From NCBI RefSeq assembly GCF_006345805.1, contig NC_042999.1, positions 106,764,001 to 106,828,000 on the forward strand: DNA of 64,000 nt, in the 5' to 3' direction. The notes beneath the pieces were generated by a model, which was given only the letters and a program-made list of their open reading frames with translations, was not told the DNA's origin and ran no database searches. Each line of letters begins with the position of its first letter. The stretch's first letter is position 1. This document shows positions 40,225 to 52,876 of this stretch, one piece after another. The position numbers and the translations under genes are program-made. Source of the stretch: Octopus sinensis. Lineage: Eukaryota.

Positions 40225-40602
40225 TATATTTATTTATTATAATAATAAGATGAGAAAATAGAGAGGTAATTAATAAATTACCATCTATTAATTAAAAAAT
40301 TGACAAATATCCCTTACAGCTATTTCAATTCAGACCCTCAGTAAAAGAATTAATCAAATTAAAAATTATTTGAAAGTCGTGTCTCTTCAGAGGTAGATAA
40401 AGATATACAAAATAGACGTTCAATTTCCTCATGTTGAGTAAACAGCTGCAAACCATTAATCTTTGAAGAGATTCGACTTTCAAATAATTTTTAATTTAAT
40501 TAATTTTCTGAGGGTCTGAATTGAAACAGCTGTAAGGGATGTTTGTCAATTTTTTTAATTAATAAATAATAATTTATTAATTACCTCTCTATTTTCTCCT
40601 CT

Positions 40603-40610
<8 letters not shown>
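40225..40610. mobile_element. Inverted-arm element with decayed hammerhead motifs (family B)
   Basis: Arms ~40240-40390 and ~40463-40606 are reverse complements. They read (C/T)TGAAGA-GATTC..GAATT-GAA-ACAGCTGT-A-AGGGAT. Confidence 0.6.
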
Positions 40611-40633
<23 letters not shown>

Positions 40634-40636
<3 letters not shown>

Positions 40637-42014
40637 CAAATTATTACATTATATAAAAGGGCTTAGTAAAATAAATTACTTTGCCGCATACTGAACTCAT
40701 TAGAAATAGCAGCTAAAAAAACTTTTTTAAAACTATTTCCAATACTTAAAGAAAACCTCTCTCATATAGTGTTTGCTCAATTCAACCCACGCAAATATGG
40801 GGGTAGAGACATTAAAAAATCAAGTGCAAAGGTTATTTGAGAACGTACGTTTCAAGATTAGTCAAAATTCGACATTTCTATCATCAGCTCAGAACTCCCT
40901 GGTTTGGATTTGAAAACACTGAAAGTAGGAGCATACCCTTTCGGCTTCCTCTCGCTTCTGAAGATCTGCTCGTAACTAACAGTGCCAACAAACTCACAAA
41001 TGCAAGCGAAGAATTTCTGCTCTCCCCTTTCCACCAGCGTGGGTTAAAATCAGTAAACACTATGCTTTTTTCGGTAAAATCCGCGGCATTATATAGAGAG
41101 AGATGAATTATAATTTCAACAATTGAGGGTAAAATTAATTAATTAATCAATTTCACCAAGTATTCAGTATGCAAAGGGACCATTTAAGGCGAATTCAAAT
41201 TATTACATTATATAAAAGGGCTTAGTAAAATAAATTACTTTGCCGCATACTGAACTCATTAGAAATAGCAGCTAAAAAAACTTTTTTAAAACTATTTCCA
41301 ATACTTAAAGAAAACCTCTCTCATATAGTGTTTGCTCAATTCAACCCACGCAAATATGGGGGTAGAGACATTAAAAAATCAATTGCAAAGGTTATTTGAG
41401 AACGTACGTTTCAAGATTAGTCAAAATTCGACATTTCTATCATCAGCTCAGAACTCCCTGGTTTGGATTTGAAAACACTGAAAGTAGGAGCATACCCTTT
41501 CGGCTTCCTCTCGCTTCTGAAGATCTGCTCGTAACTAACAGTGCCAACAAACTCACAAATGCAAGCGAAGAATTTCTGCTCTCCCCTTTCTGTTAGTTAC
41601 GAGCAGATCTTCAGAAGCGAGAGGAAGCCGAAAGGGTATGCTCCTACTTTCAGTGTTTTCAAATCCAAACCAGGGAGTTCTGAGCTGATGATAGAAATGT
41701 CGAATTTTGACTAATCTTGAAACGTACGTTCTCAAATAACCTTTGCACTTGATTTTTTAATGTCTCTACCCCCATATTTGCGTGGGTTGAATTGAGCAAA
41801 CACTATATGAGAGAGGTTTTCTTTAAGTATTGGAAATAGTTTTAAAAAAGTTTTTTTAGCTGCTATTTCTAATGAGTTCAGTATGCGGCAAAGTAATTTA
41901 TTTTACTAAGCCCTTTTATATAATGTAATAATTTGAATTCGCCTTAAATGGTCCCTTTGCATACTGAATACTTGGTGAAATTGATTAATTAATTAATTTT
42001 ACCCTCAATTGTTG

Positions 42015-42022
<8 letters not shown>
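40634..42022 (-). mobile_element. Hammerhead-bearing tandem element: 1.7 x 559-bp units plus a 432-bp 5' inversion, in (TA)n (family C)
   Basis: Period 559 (40633 to 41192). 41591-42022 is the reverse complement of 41109-41540. (TA)n on both sides; about one substitution noticed between copies. Confidence 0.85.
41677..41740 (+). ncRNA. Type-I hammerhead ribozyme (family C; also on the - strand at 40832-40895 and 41391-41454)
   Basis: GTT-c-TGAG-CTGATGA-[tAGAaatGTCgaattttGACtaaTCTt]-GAA-ACGTACGT-T-CTCA-aat-AAC. Helix I is TGAG/CTCA plus GTT/AAC, helix III is palindromic, and the triplet is GUU. There is a U.U at the base of helix II. Confidence 0.68.
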
Positions 42023-42057
<35 letters not shown>

Positions 42058-42757
42058 ATACATATGCACATGCACATATATATGTATGTATGTATATATA
42101 TATAGATATATAGATATATAGATATACATATAAGATTTTATAGTTTGCTTGAAGCATTGTATATGGAATATAACGTTGGATAATAAATTTTTGAGTAATA
42201 CTTTTTTAAAAGTGAAATTGCTTTTGCTAAAGCAAAGAAACAAACATTAATATGTATGCATGTATGTATGTATGTATGTATGTATGTATGTATGTATGTA
42301 TGTATGTATGTATTAGTTACAGTATTCATTAGAATCAGGGTGCATCAAGACATAGAATGCCAGGACTGGCTGGGTATCATAACACTGATTTCACAGCAAG
42401 GTAAAAACAACCATGTGGTGTTATGTGTTGGTATTGTATTGCAGCTATATATACACACAGGTATCAAATCCAATACTAACCACAGATCCAACTCAGAATT
42501 GATTCCAGGTGTGTCATAGGTATAAAAACAGGATCTAAAAACACATGCTGAATATTTATCCATCATTGACATTTGGTAGGTGGGTCATCATCTAAGTATT
42601 ACCTTGTCTGCTTGTACCTGTTGAAAATTTTACTTGAAGACGGTAGATTTATGCTATGATGTAATCTGTGACTACATCAATAAAATTCTATCGAAACAGC
42701 TGTAGTAAATTTTAAACTCTATTTGTGTTCTTCTTCAGATATATATATTATAAGCAC

Positions 42758-43172
42758 AGGAGTGGCTGTGTGGTAAGTAGCTTGCTTACCAACCACATGG
42801 TTCCGGGTTTAGTCCCACTGCATGGTACATTGGACAAGTGTCTTCTACTATAGCCTCGGGCTGATCAAAGCCTTGTGAGTGGATTTGGTAGACAGAAACT
42901 GAAAGAAGCCCGTTGTATATATGTATATGTATATATATATATGTATGTGTGCATGTGTATTTGTGTGTGTGTCTGTGTCTGTGTTTGTCCCCCCAACATT
43001 GCTTGACAACCAATGCTGGTGTGTTTATGTCCCCATAACTCAGCGGTTTGGCATAAGAGACCGATAGAATAAGTACTAGGCTTACAAAGAATAAGTCCTG
43101 GGGTTGATTTGCTCGACTAAAGGCAGTGCTCCAGCATGGCCACAGTCAAATGACTGAAACAAGTAAAAGAGT
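42758..43172 (+). mobile_element. Full-length SINE family 2
   Basis: tRNA-like head, internal (TA)/(TG) tract, tail CCAGCATGGCCACAGTCAAATGACTGAAACAAGTAAAAGA. Confidence 0.85.
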
Positions 43173-43689
43173 ATATATATTCATACACGGTTGAGTGCAT
43201 CTTCATGTTTGTGATGTCTCATTGCTTGACAACCTATATTGATTTATGCCCCATGACTTAACAGTTCAGCAGAAACAAATAGAAATTAATAGATTAGTTA
43301 CCAGAGTTTACAACATGACTACAATGGTCTGGCAATGAGAAGTCACAAAAGATTGAAGAAATATGAGGGTCTCATTTGTAAATTGCTGCTGTGTAAATAG
43401 CATATAACACAAGACTGATTCTTTGAAATGTATAGCCAGTCTATCTTTGTATTGATATGGTTAGCAAGTGTATCATATCTTGTTGAAAACAAGGTTCTCA
43501 TGTCCATATGGACATATTTTGTACATGTCTTGTCTTCATGTACAAAGTTCATAGGTGGAGATTATTAAAGTTGAATAAATGATAGTACAGAATGAATAAG
43601 AATGTATAAGGATCAAAGTAACTGCAAGTAAGACTTTTAATGCATAATAGGAAGAATATAGATGATGATACCAATCCTTGAAGTACATA

Positions 43690-44098
43690 TATCCCTTTAT
43701 CACTCAAACCAGCCATATCCAGCTGGAAGATTCTACCTGTTTTATGTGCAAAGCAGCCAGATTAGAACTTTCGTACATACCCTACAATGTCATTCTAAAT
43801 GTAAACAATCATGTCATTTATATCTTAAAACTACATGATAGTATATGATCTTAAATCTTAAAACTTAAAACATGATCTTAAATCTTAAAACTACATGATA
43901 GTACTTAAATCTTAAAACTTAAATCTTAAAACTTAAAACTTAAAACTACATGATAGTACATGATCTTAAATCTTAAAACTTAAAACTTAAAATATGATCT
44001 TAAATCTTAAAACTACATGATAATACATGATTAATTCAAAATAATTTGAATAAATAAGCATTACACTTGACAATTAATTTGAATGCTAAAGGATTAAC
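43690..44098. mobile_element. TTAA-type MITE with an internal minisatellite expansion (43820-44030)
   Basis: Ends CCCTTTATCACTC / GCTAAAGGATTAA; internal reiteration of CTTAAAA, CTTAAAT and CTACATGATAGTA. Confidence 0.5.
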
Positions 44099-45294
44099 AA
44101 GACATGTAGCTTAGTGGTTAGGGTCTTTGGCTCATGGTCATAAGGTTGTGTGTTTGATTCCTGGCAGCACATTGCATCTTTCAACAAGACACTTTATTTC
44201 AAAGACATTTTTTTTTCAGATTTTACCAAGTCACTCAGCTGACAAAATTCTGTGTCACACTGAATCTCCCTGTAAACTATACTAAGAGTACACAAATCTG
44301 TAGAATGCTTAGCACGTTAATTTCAAAAGCAAGCTGTTCTGTTGATCAATTCAAGTAGAACACTCTTTATCAAAACCAATGGATAACCAAGCCACATTTG
44401 TGAGTAAAGATCTGAAAGATGCTCTTCAAGCCAAATTGTGATATGAATGGCCTGAAAGACAATGCTTAAGCTAAGATATGAGAGATGGATTGAACAGCCG
44501 AGATAGATGAGATGAGAAACCACATTTGCAATTGTTTTTGTTTTGTTTTTTTTTTTCTAGTATGTTTTAAGCAGAATGGTTATTAATCATCATCAACATA
44601 ATCTTAGCGATCTTCATCACCATCACCACCACCAGTATCATCATCATCATCATCCTCATCCTTATCATCATCATCATCATCATCATCAGAGAGAGTCTGC
44701 ATGTGGCACAGCAGATATTGTCTTCTTTGCATTGTTTGATAAGAATGCTTTTTTTATCATTTTTTGTTTTATTTTTAGTCCTGATGTGCATGTAGTTTAT
44801 CAGCTATTGCAGATACAGCATGAGATTTTTGTATGGCCAATATTTTAGTTCTAATGATGCTAATCATGTTTTATATTCCTGCATTATTAGATTTTCGCAT
44901 CTAGAATAGCCTTCAAGGTTTCCTCATTCTCGTGTTTGTTGTGTATTGTCTTTAATGTTACCAGCAGTTTTTTAAAAAAAATTTTTTTATTGGGTAAGCT
45001 TTGCGGCATTTTTATATTAAATCTTATAAAATGTTTTGAAATGATTCTATAATTATTTTATTGCAAAAAACATTTTATTGTCATGTTTAAATTATTTCAG
45101 TGGTTCTCAGTCTGAAAATTTGGATTCAGTATTATGTTTTATAACATTAGTGCCTTTGAGCATTCTGGTAACTTTGTGTTTATGACGTTGATGCATTGAG
45201 AAGATTGATAAGGTCTAGGTTAACTGGGGAGAGGGGGAAAAAAAAAAACAACACGTTTTATGTAAGGGAAACGAAGATGACATTGATGGAGCAT

Positions 45295-45765
45295 GTCAAT
45301 ACTAATGATGATGATAATGATGATGATGATGATGATGATGAAAAGGACGACAGAGACAATAGATGGTGACAGCTGTGGCTGTAGTGGTGTTGGTGATGGT
45401 GGAGGTAGTGGTGATGTTGATGACAACAGTGATGACATCAGTGATGATGACTATGGAAGTGGTGGTGGTGGTTGTGGTGATGGTGATGATGGTGGTGATG
45501 AAGAGTGAAGATGATGGCGGTCATGATGAAGGGGAAGAAAAGGAATAAGAACAGGAGGAGGGGAGGAGGAAGTGGATGACGACGACGACGATGGGAGTAT
45601 GACAACGATGATGAGGAGGATGACAATGCCGATGAGGAGGATGACAACAATGATGAGGAAGATGACAACATTGATGTGGAGGATGACAATGAGGACAACA
45701 AGGAGGATGACGAGAAGGGCAAGGAGGATGAGAAGGAAGCCGGCAAGGAGAAGAGGATGAGTAGA
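45295..45765. repeat. Compound GAT/GGT/GAC/GAG trinucleotide low-complexity tract
   Basis: Seen directly. Confidence 0.9.
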
Positions 45766-46441
45766 TTAATAGCAATGATATATATCCCGATATCTTCACC
45801 TCATCCATCAGATCAAACACTTTTTTCACTTCATTACACTTTGAAACACTATTTAATTTGTTCCTATATGTTGTCACAAAATAATTACAACAACAACAGC
45901 AACATATTACAAAAGCACAATGGTTTTTAAACTACTCTTATTTTAATTCTAATTAGTACCAAAATGTCCTATCCTCTTAGCAACCTACCAGGCACATCTG
46001 ATACCAAATTAACTTAAAGATATTTTATACAACACATTAAGATTTTCTCATCTTATCTATTACCTAATAAAATAATCCATTAAACTTATAAAACTAGAAA
46101 TTTTAGTCAACAGCTTTAATTCTTCCAAGAACATTGTGCCAAATAAAATTTAGATCTTTTAGAATTATAATTGTCTACCTGCCATACCATCAATCTTTCA
46201 TTTTATTCCTTACTGCTTTTAGTCATTGGACAGATGGCCGTGGAAGGATACTGCAAAATCTCTCTCTCTCTCTCTCTCTCCCCTTCCTCATTTCCTCCAT
46301 GTCATCTAGTGTGTGCGGAGGGGTATGCATGTGTGTGTATGGATTTATGTATATGAGTAGTAGTAGTAGTAGAAGTAGAGAGAGCAGCATATCTGACATC
46401 TAGCTTTATATCAAGTAATTAGAAGCTCGATGTCAAATGTA

Positions 46442-47719
46442 TCAGGTCATCCCATAAGTTCTGTCCGATTTATTACCTCTTTTAAAATTGAATCAAATTT
46501 AATAGTATTTTAGAATGTCCAATAGAATTAAAAGTTATTTCTATGCATTTGTGTACATTTAAACTAATTAAATATTATTTTTACAGAATAATAGAATTAA
46601 AATTTCTTTGATTAAAACCTTTTCTAACATGGAAGTATCCAAAGAGCATTTGAGGCACATAATGCTTTATGAGTACAAAAAAGAAAACTCTGCAGCTGAA
46701 GCAGCTCGAAACATATACTCAGTTTATGGGAAAGAATGCTTGAATGAAAGAACCTGCATCAAAATTCAGAAGTGGAGATTTCAGCCTTGAAGATGAAGAT
46801 CAAACAGGACATCCAGTTGAATTTGATGATAAGCTCCTTGAGGCATTACTTGAAGAAAATCTTGCATTATCAGTTGAAGAATTGGCAATAAAGCTTAGTT
46901 CAAACCATACAAGTGTTCATTGTCATCTTCAACAACTAGGAAAGGCTCCTAAACTTAGAAAATGGGTTCCTCGCAAATTGTCTGAAACCAACCGCAAATC
47001 CCGAGTTGACATCTGCTCTTCTCTCCATTTTCGCAAACTCATTTCACCCTTTTTAGATAGACTTGTGACTGGTGACAAAAAATGGATCTTCTATCAAAAT
47101 GTTAAATGTCATAAACAGTGGCTTGGTAAAAGGGAGAAAGCTCAGCCACAACCAAGAAGGGAACTTCATGGGGAAAAGGTTCCCCTCTCTATCTGGTGGG
47201 ATTGCAAAGGAGCAATTCACTTTGAATTGTTACCACCTAATGCAACAATCAATGCTCAAGTCTACTGTCAGCAATTAGAGCATTTGAACCAAGTTTTGAA
47301 GAAAAAAGACCCAATTTAGTGAATCAAAAAGGAGTGATGTTTTATCAGGACAATGCGTGACCCCACACTGTATAGATCACATCACAGAAGATCGAAGAGC
47401 TTGGTTGGAAAAAATTCCTCATCCACCTTATTCTTCCAACCTTGCTCCTTCAGACTACCATTTGTTTCATAGTTTACAGAATTATTTGGGGAACATAACT
47501 TTCGCAAGCCATGAGGAGGTCGAAACTGACATTTCAGAGTTCTTTGCTTTGAAACCAAAATAGTTTTACATTGATGGGATTAAAAAGCTTGTAAATAGAT
47601 GGAAGGAAGTCATGGATAATCAGAAAAAGTACAATGATGATTAAATTTCAAATAAATATAACATTTGATCACTTGTTTTCTTTATTCAAAATTCGGACAG
47701 AACTGATGGGATGACCTAA
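46442..47719 (+). mobile_element. Full-length (~1.28 kb) inactive mariner
   Basis: TIRs AGGTCATCCCATAAGTTCTGTCCGA / TCGGACAGAACTGATGGGATGACCT. Transposase pieces: AAEAARNI, WVPRKLS, VTGDKKWIFY, HPPYSSNLAPSDYHLF. Frameshifts and stops present. Confidence 0.92.
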
Positions 47720-48900
47720 TACTTAGTAAGGAGAAAAGTCAAAAGTAAGAGATTTGCAAATACTCTGCAATATGAAGATCAGATCAAATGTCTGAAATGT
47801 TCCAGAATGCAAGGAAGTGGGTCTAAAGAGAATCAAGACATCATTACTACACAACAAACAGCAGTTATTTATAAATTGAGCAGCTGTGCTGTAAAACACA
47901 AAGAAATGGACAAAAACATAATAAAGTCAATATATCAATGGAAAATTTAGGCAGTGAGCTGACAGAATCATTGGCATGCTGGGCTCAATGCTTAGTAGAA
48001 TTTCATTTGTTTTTATGTTCTGAGTTCAAACTCCACCAATGTCAACTTTAACTTTCATCCTTTTAGAGTCAATAAAATACGTCAACAAGAAATAATAACT
48101 GTCTCAGAAAGTGAAAATACCTTTTTAACATGATATTAAAACTTGAGTGAGTACAGTGACTCACAGCTACTCAGTGCTATGATACTGTCTATGCAAATAT
48201 CTCAAACAGGGAGAATGATCCTCACATATACTGCAAGTCACATTGAAAGACCTCAAGATGTTCCACTGGATGTGTACTTCAACAGCTATTTTTGAACTAG
48301 AGAGGTTCTTGTTTTGCCATACAATATATAGATATATTGTAGCTGTTGATATCACAAGTAGTTTATAAATATGGGTGTTTGGGGGCACTATAAACATACA
48401 CGCACACACACACACACAAACCCTACCTTCGAAACACGGAGTAGATAAAACAGGGGACAACTGATGAAGGGGATGTTCTTTATGTTGCCTGTCTCGTTTC
48501 TCAGTTCGTTTCTTTCATTGTTCGAAAAAAGTTCATTTTCTGTTTTTGTTTTTTATGTTCTCGTTTCTCATTTTGTCTACTTTGTTTTGATGTCGTGTAC
48601 ACATATATGCATGTATATATACATATATATATGTAGGTATGTACATATATGTATGTATAAATGGATATATTTATATATTATTTATATTATTATATGATCG
48701 AATGCTACACATCCATTTCCAAGTAAATTCTATAAATATGATTATAAACTTTCACCTATATTGACTATAGAAAATGGTTTAATATTAGGGCATATAAACC
48801 CCACCAAATAATGCGCATTTTTTACCATTTGGAGTTTATATGATTGAATATTAGACTATCTTCTATAGTTAATATACACTGAAAATTTATAATTATATTA

Positions 48901-49746
48901 TATGAGGTGGTATCAAAAACTTCCTGGACTAGTTCTGTTGTGTGTCAACAGACTACAGCAAATGGTCGCATGCAGAGTGAGAGAAAACAGTGTCCTTCAT
49001 GAGGCAAAAGTGTTGAGTAAAAGCATTCTGTCTACTTCACAAGTTTTGAAATTTGTGTTTTTGTGATCATATGTATGCTGTACACTGTCATTTTTGTTGA
49101 CAGAGATATTGAACATACTTTGGAAAGCTTACAGTGATGAGGCAATGGATCGTACACAATGTTTTGTGTGCCATGCACATTTCAAAAGTGGAAGAATGTC
49201 TCTGAAAGACGATGAGCGATCTAGAAGAGCGTTCTTGAGCACCATCCCTGGAATTTTGGAGAAAATTCATCAGCTTGTGCATGAGGGTCGTTGGAGGATA
49301 ATCGGTGATGTTTTGAAGCATTTGAGTGAGGACATTCAACAAAATCAGCTGGATCTGTGGAACGCAAAGAACTGGATTCTTCATGATGACAATGCCCCTG
49401 TCACCATGCTCTCCTCACTTGTGAGTTTCTCATCAAAAACAACAAGTATCACTTTTGCGCCCACCCTATTCACCTGTGGACTCCTATCTCTTCTCCAAGA
49501 TGAAAATGCAGCTCAAACGTTGTTGTTTTAATGCCATTGTCAAGATCAAGGGCAAACTAGAGAAGGTCCTTGACTCACTTATGGAAAATGACTTCTAGAC
49601 CGGATTCCAAATGTGGCAGAAATGCTAGGACCAGTATATTGCTGCACAAGGTAACTATTTCAAAGGAGATGATGTTAAAAGTGAGGCTTATAAACTATTT
49701 TTTTATTAAACACAAGTAAGCCAGGAACTCTTTGATAACACCTTAT
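48901..49746 (+). mobile_element. Internally deleted mariner
   Basis: TIR-like TATGAGGTGGTATCAAAAACTTCCTGG / CCAGGAACTCTTTGATAACACCTTAT; peptide AYSDEAMDRTQCF..FKSGRMSLKDDERS. Confidence 0.8.
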
Positions 49747-49767
49747 TTTTACAACATATATATATAT

Positions 49768-51870
49768 CATCATCATCATCATCATCATCATCATTTAGCG
49801 TCCGTTTTCCATGCTAGCATGGGTTGGACGGTTCTACTGGGGTCTGTGAAGCCAGAAGGCTTCATCAGGCCCAGTCAAATCTGGCAGTGTTTCTACGGCT
49901 GGATGCCCTTCCTAACGCCAACCACTCCGTGAGTGTAGTGGGTGCTTTTAACGTGCCACCCGCACTGGGGTCAGACAGAGCTGGCAAACGGCCACGAACG
50001 GATGGTGCTTTTTATGTGCCACCGGCACGAGGGCCAGGCGAGGCTGGCAACGGACACGAAACGGGGTGGTGCTGGCAACGGTCGCGAAACGGAAAGTTCT
50101 CTTACATGCCACCGGCACTGGTAACACATCTGCAAATTCCATTGATCGATTTCCATTGATCGATTTCGATTCTGATCCTCACTTGCCTCAATGGGTCTTC
50201 ACAAGCAGAGTTTCGACATGCCACCGGCACTGGTAGCACATCCGCAATTTCCATTGATCGATTTCGATTCTGATCCTCACTTGCCTCAACACGTCTTCAC
50301 AAGTAGAGTTTTGTGTCCCAAGAAGGGAAGGTATGCATACGTAGGCTGGCTCCATCCCATGTAGAAGGCCACGGGTTGTGGACTCACTTGTCCTGCCGGG
50401 TCTTCTCACGCACAGCACACTTCCAGAGGTCTCGGTCTCTAGTCATTTCCTCAGTGAGACCTAAAGTTCGAAGGTCGTGCTTCACCACCTCGTCCCAGGT
50501 TTTCCTGGGTCTGCCTCTTCCACAGGTTCCCTCAACCGCTAGGGTGTGGCACTTTTTCACACAACTATCTTCATCCATTCTCGCCACATGACCATACCAG
50601 CGCAAACGTCTCTCTTGCACACCACAACTGATGCTTCTTAGGTCCAGCTTTCCTCTCAGGGTACTTACACTCTGCCGAGTGTGAGTACCGGCATTACACA
50701 TCCATCGGAGCATACTGGCTTCATTTCTAGCGAGCTTACGCATATCCTCAGCAGTCACGGCCCATGTTTCACTGCCATGTAGCATGGCTGTTCGTACACA
50801 CGCATCATACAGTCTGCCTTTCACTCTGTGCGAGAGGCCTTTTGTCACCAGCAGAGGTAAGAGCTCTCTGAACTTTGCCCAAGCTATTCTTACTCTAGCA
50901 GTTACACTTTCAGCACACCCACCCCCACTGCTGACTTGGTCACCTAGGTAACGGAAACTATCAACTATTTCTAGTTTTTCTCCCTGGAAAGTGACGGAAG
51001 TTGGTCTCAGAGCATTTTCAGTGTTTATTGTTCCTGAGCATCTGCCATATACAAAAACCATCTTCCTAGTTAGCCTTCCTTTGACATTGCTGCATCTCTT
51101 ATGTGTCCATAGCTTACACTTGGTGCATCTTATAGAGTTTCTACCTACACCTTTTCTACAGATCGAGCAGGGCCATCTACCTGAAGGTGTTTGTGATTTG
51201 TCTACCTTCCTACTGATTACGACTTTGGTTTTAGCTAGATTGACTCTGAGGCCCTTCGATTCTAATCCTTGTTTCCACACCTGAAACTTCTCCTCCAGTT
51301 CTGATAGCGACTCAGCAATTAGAGCAAGGTCATCAGCATAGAGGAGCTCCCAAGGGCATCCTGTCTTGAATTCCTCCGTTATTGCCTGGAGGACTATGAT
51401 AAATAGGAGGGGGCTGAGTACTGAGCCTTGGTGGACCCCTACCTCTACCCGGAATTCTTCACTGTACTCATTTCCAACCCTCACCCTACTAGCGGCGTCC
51501 CTATACATGGCCCGCACAGCTCTCACTAACCATTCATCTATCCCTAGTTTTCTCATTGCCCACCAGATAAGGGATCGGGGGACCCTGTCGAAGGCTTTCT
51601 CCATGTCAACAAAAGCCAGGTACAGGGGCTTATCTTTGGCTAGGTATTTCTCCTGCAGCTGCCTTACCAGGAATATAGCATCAGTAGTACTTTTCCCTGG
51701 CACAAACCCAAACTGCATCTCATCTAAACTAACTCTCTCTCTAATTAGTTGGGCTATGACCCTCTCCGTAACCTTCATCACCTGGTCCAACAGCTTGATA
51801 CCTCTGTAGTTATTTGTATCTAGGGCATCACCTTTACCTTTGTAGCAGTTGACTATTATACTGCTACACC
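49768..51870 (-). mobile_element. Young 5'-truncated RTE-clade LINE with a (GAT)n tail, inserted in (TA)n
   Basis: Uninterrupted RT ORF plus a ~600-bp 3'UTR; (TA)n at both junctions. Confidence 0.95.
50384..51870 (-). CDS. RTE reverse transcriptase (RT domain to C-terminus, no stops)
   Basis: YRGIKLL, QFGF, FVDMEKAFDRV, GVHQGSVLSPLLF, LLYADD, WYGHV, GRGRPRKTW. The first ~32 aa of the track ORF come from flanking DNA. Confidence 0.93.
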
Positions 51871-52314
51871 AATATATATATATATATATAATAGAAATAT
51901 TAAAATAACTAAGTCTCTCTAAAAGAGAACAGCGGCAGCGTTCCCGGAAAATAATAGTTATCGCCATACTAATATGGCATTCTTATAAAATAGCTGCCGG
52001 TCAAGTAGTGTGGAGCGACTGACCTCCCTTGTTCGAAGGTTATATGGATACAGTTTGTGTATCAAATAGCTAACTTAAGGTGATGGCCTCATGGAGGTAA
52101 TAAGCGGACAGCTTTTTTCTTATTTTTATAAGAATGCCATATTAGTATGGCGATAACTATTATTTTCCGGGAACGCTGCCGCTGTTCTCTTTTAGAGAGA
52201 CTTAGTTATTTTAATATTTCTATTATTGAAAACAAGTGGATGTATTCCACCGAAACTAGGTAAATAAAACCATCGAACAGAGATTGTCGGAAGCGACACC
52301 TACTGGCTGGCTAT

Positions 52315-52356
52315 GCTGCATTGAAAAGGGACAATACCCCGAAACGCGTCTGTAGC
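52315..52356 (+). ncRNA. Type-I hammerhead ribozyme, U3-A8 core variant (family D copy 1)
   Basis: GCTGCA-TTGAAAA-GGG-acaatac-CCC-GAA-ACGCGT-C-TGTAGC; predicted cleavage after 52350. Confidence 0.78.
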
Positions 52357-52676
52357 TGCCGGTCAAGTAGTGTGGAGCGACTGACCTCCCTTGTTCGAAG
52401 GTTATATGGATACAGTTTGTGTATCAAATAGCTAACTTAAGGTGATGGCCTCATGGAGGTAATAAGCGGACAGCTTTTTTCTTATTTTTATAAGAATGCC
52501 ATATTAGTATGGCGATAACTATTATTTTCCGGGAACGCTGCCGCTGTTCTCTTTTAGAGAGACTTAGTTATTTTAATATTTCTATTATTGAAAACAAGTG
52601 GATGTATTCCACCGAAACTAGGTAAATAAAACCATCGAACAGAGATTGTCGGAAGCGACACCTACTGGCTGGCTAT

Positions 52677-52718
52677 GCTGCATTGAAAAGGGGCAATACC
52701 CCGAAACGCGTCTGTAGC
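52677..52718 (+). ncRNA. Type-I hammerhead ribozyme, U3-A8 core variant (family D copy 2)
   Basis: GCTGCA-TTGAAAA-GGGG-caata-CCCC-GAA-ACGCGT-C-TGTAGC. Helix I extends through TGGCTGGC/GCCGGTCA beyond an internal loop. GUC triplet; predicted cleavage after 52712. Confidence 0.82.
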
Positions 52719-52876
52719 TGCCGGTCAAGTAGTGTGGAGCGACTGACCTCCTTGTTCGAAGGTTATATGGATACAGTTTGTGTATCAAATAGCTAACTTA
52801 AGGCGATGGCCTCATGGAGCTAATAAGCGGACAGCTTTTTTCTTATTTTTATAAGAATGCCATATTAGTATGGCGA

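Noticed and set aside
40837-41735. Three copies of the ORF MRTYVSRLVKIRHF...
   Set aside because: A non-ATG-start frame inside the 559-bp non-coding unit, repeated only because the unit is repeated.
45220-45930. Asp/Glu/Met/His-rich ORFs
   Set aside because: Trinucleotide low-complexity DNA that is open in several frames on both strands, with no splice or homology support.
46608-47563. SETMAR-like host gene
   Set aside because: Frameshifted transposase between TIRs with no SET domain; an ordinary dead mariner.
48425-48470. CTTCGAAACACGGAGTA...CTGATGAAGGGG as a sixth hammerhead
   Set aside because: Core halves are in reversed order and no helix I forms; possibly a permuted Penelope-LTR remnant but not supportable.
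49824-50159. Recurrent ORFs such as MDGSTGVCEARRLHQAQS (also 27757, 56217, 57084)
   Set aside because: They are frames through the RTE 3'UTR; recurrence reflects repeat copies, not coding selection.
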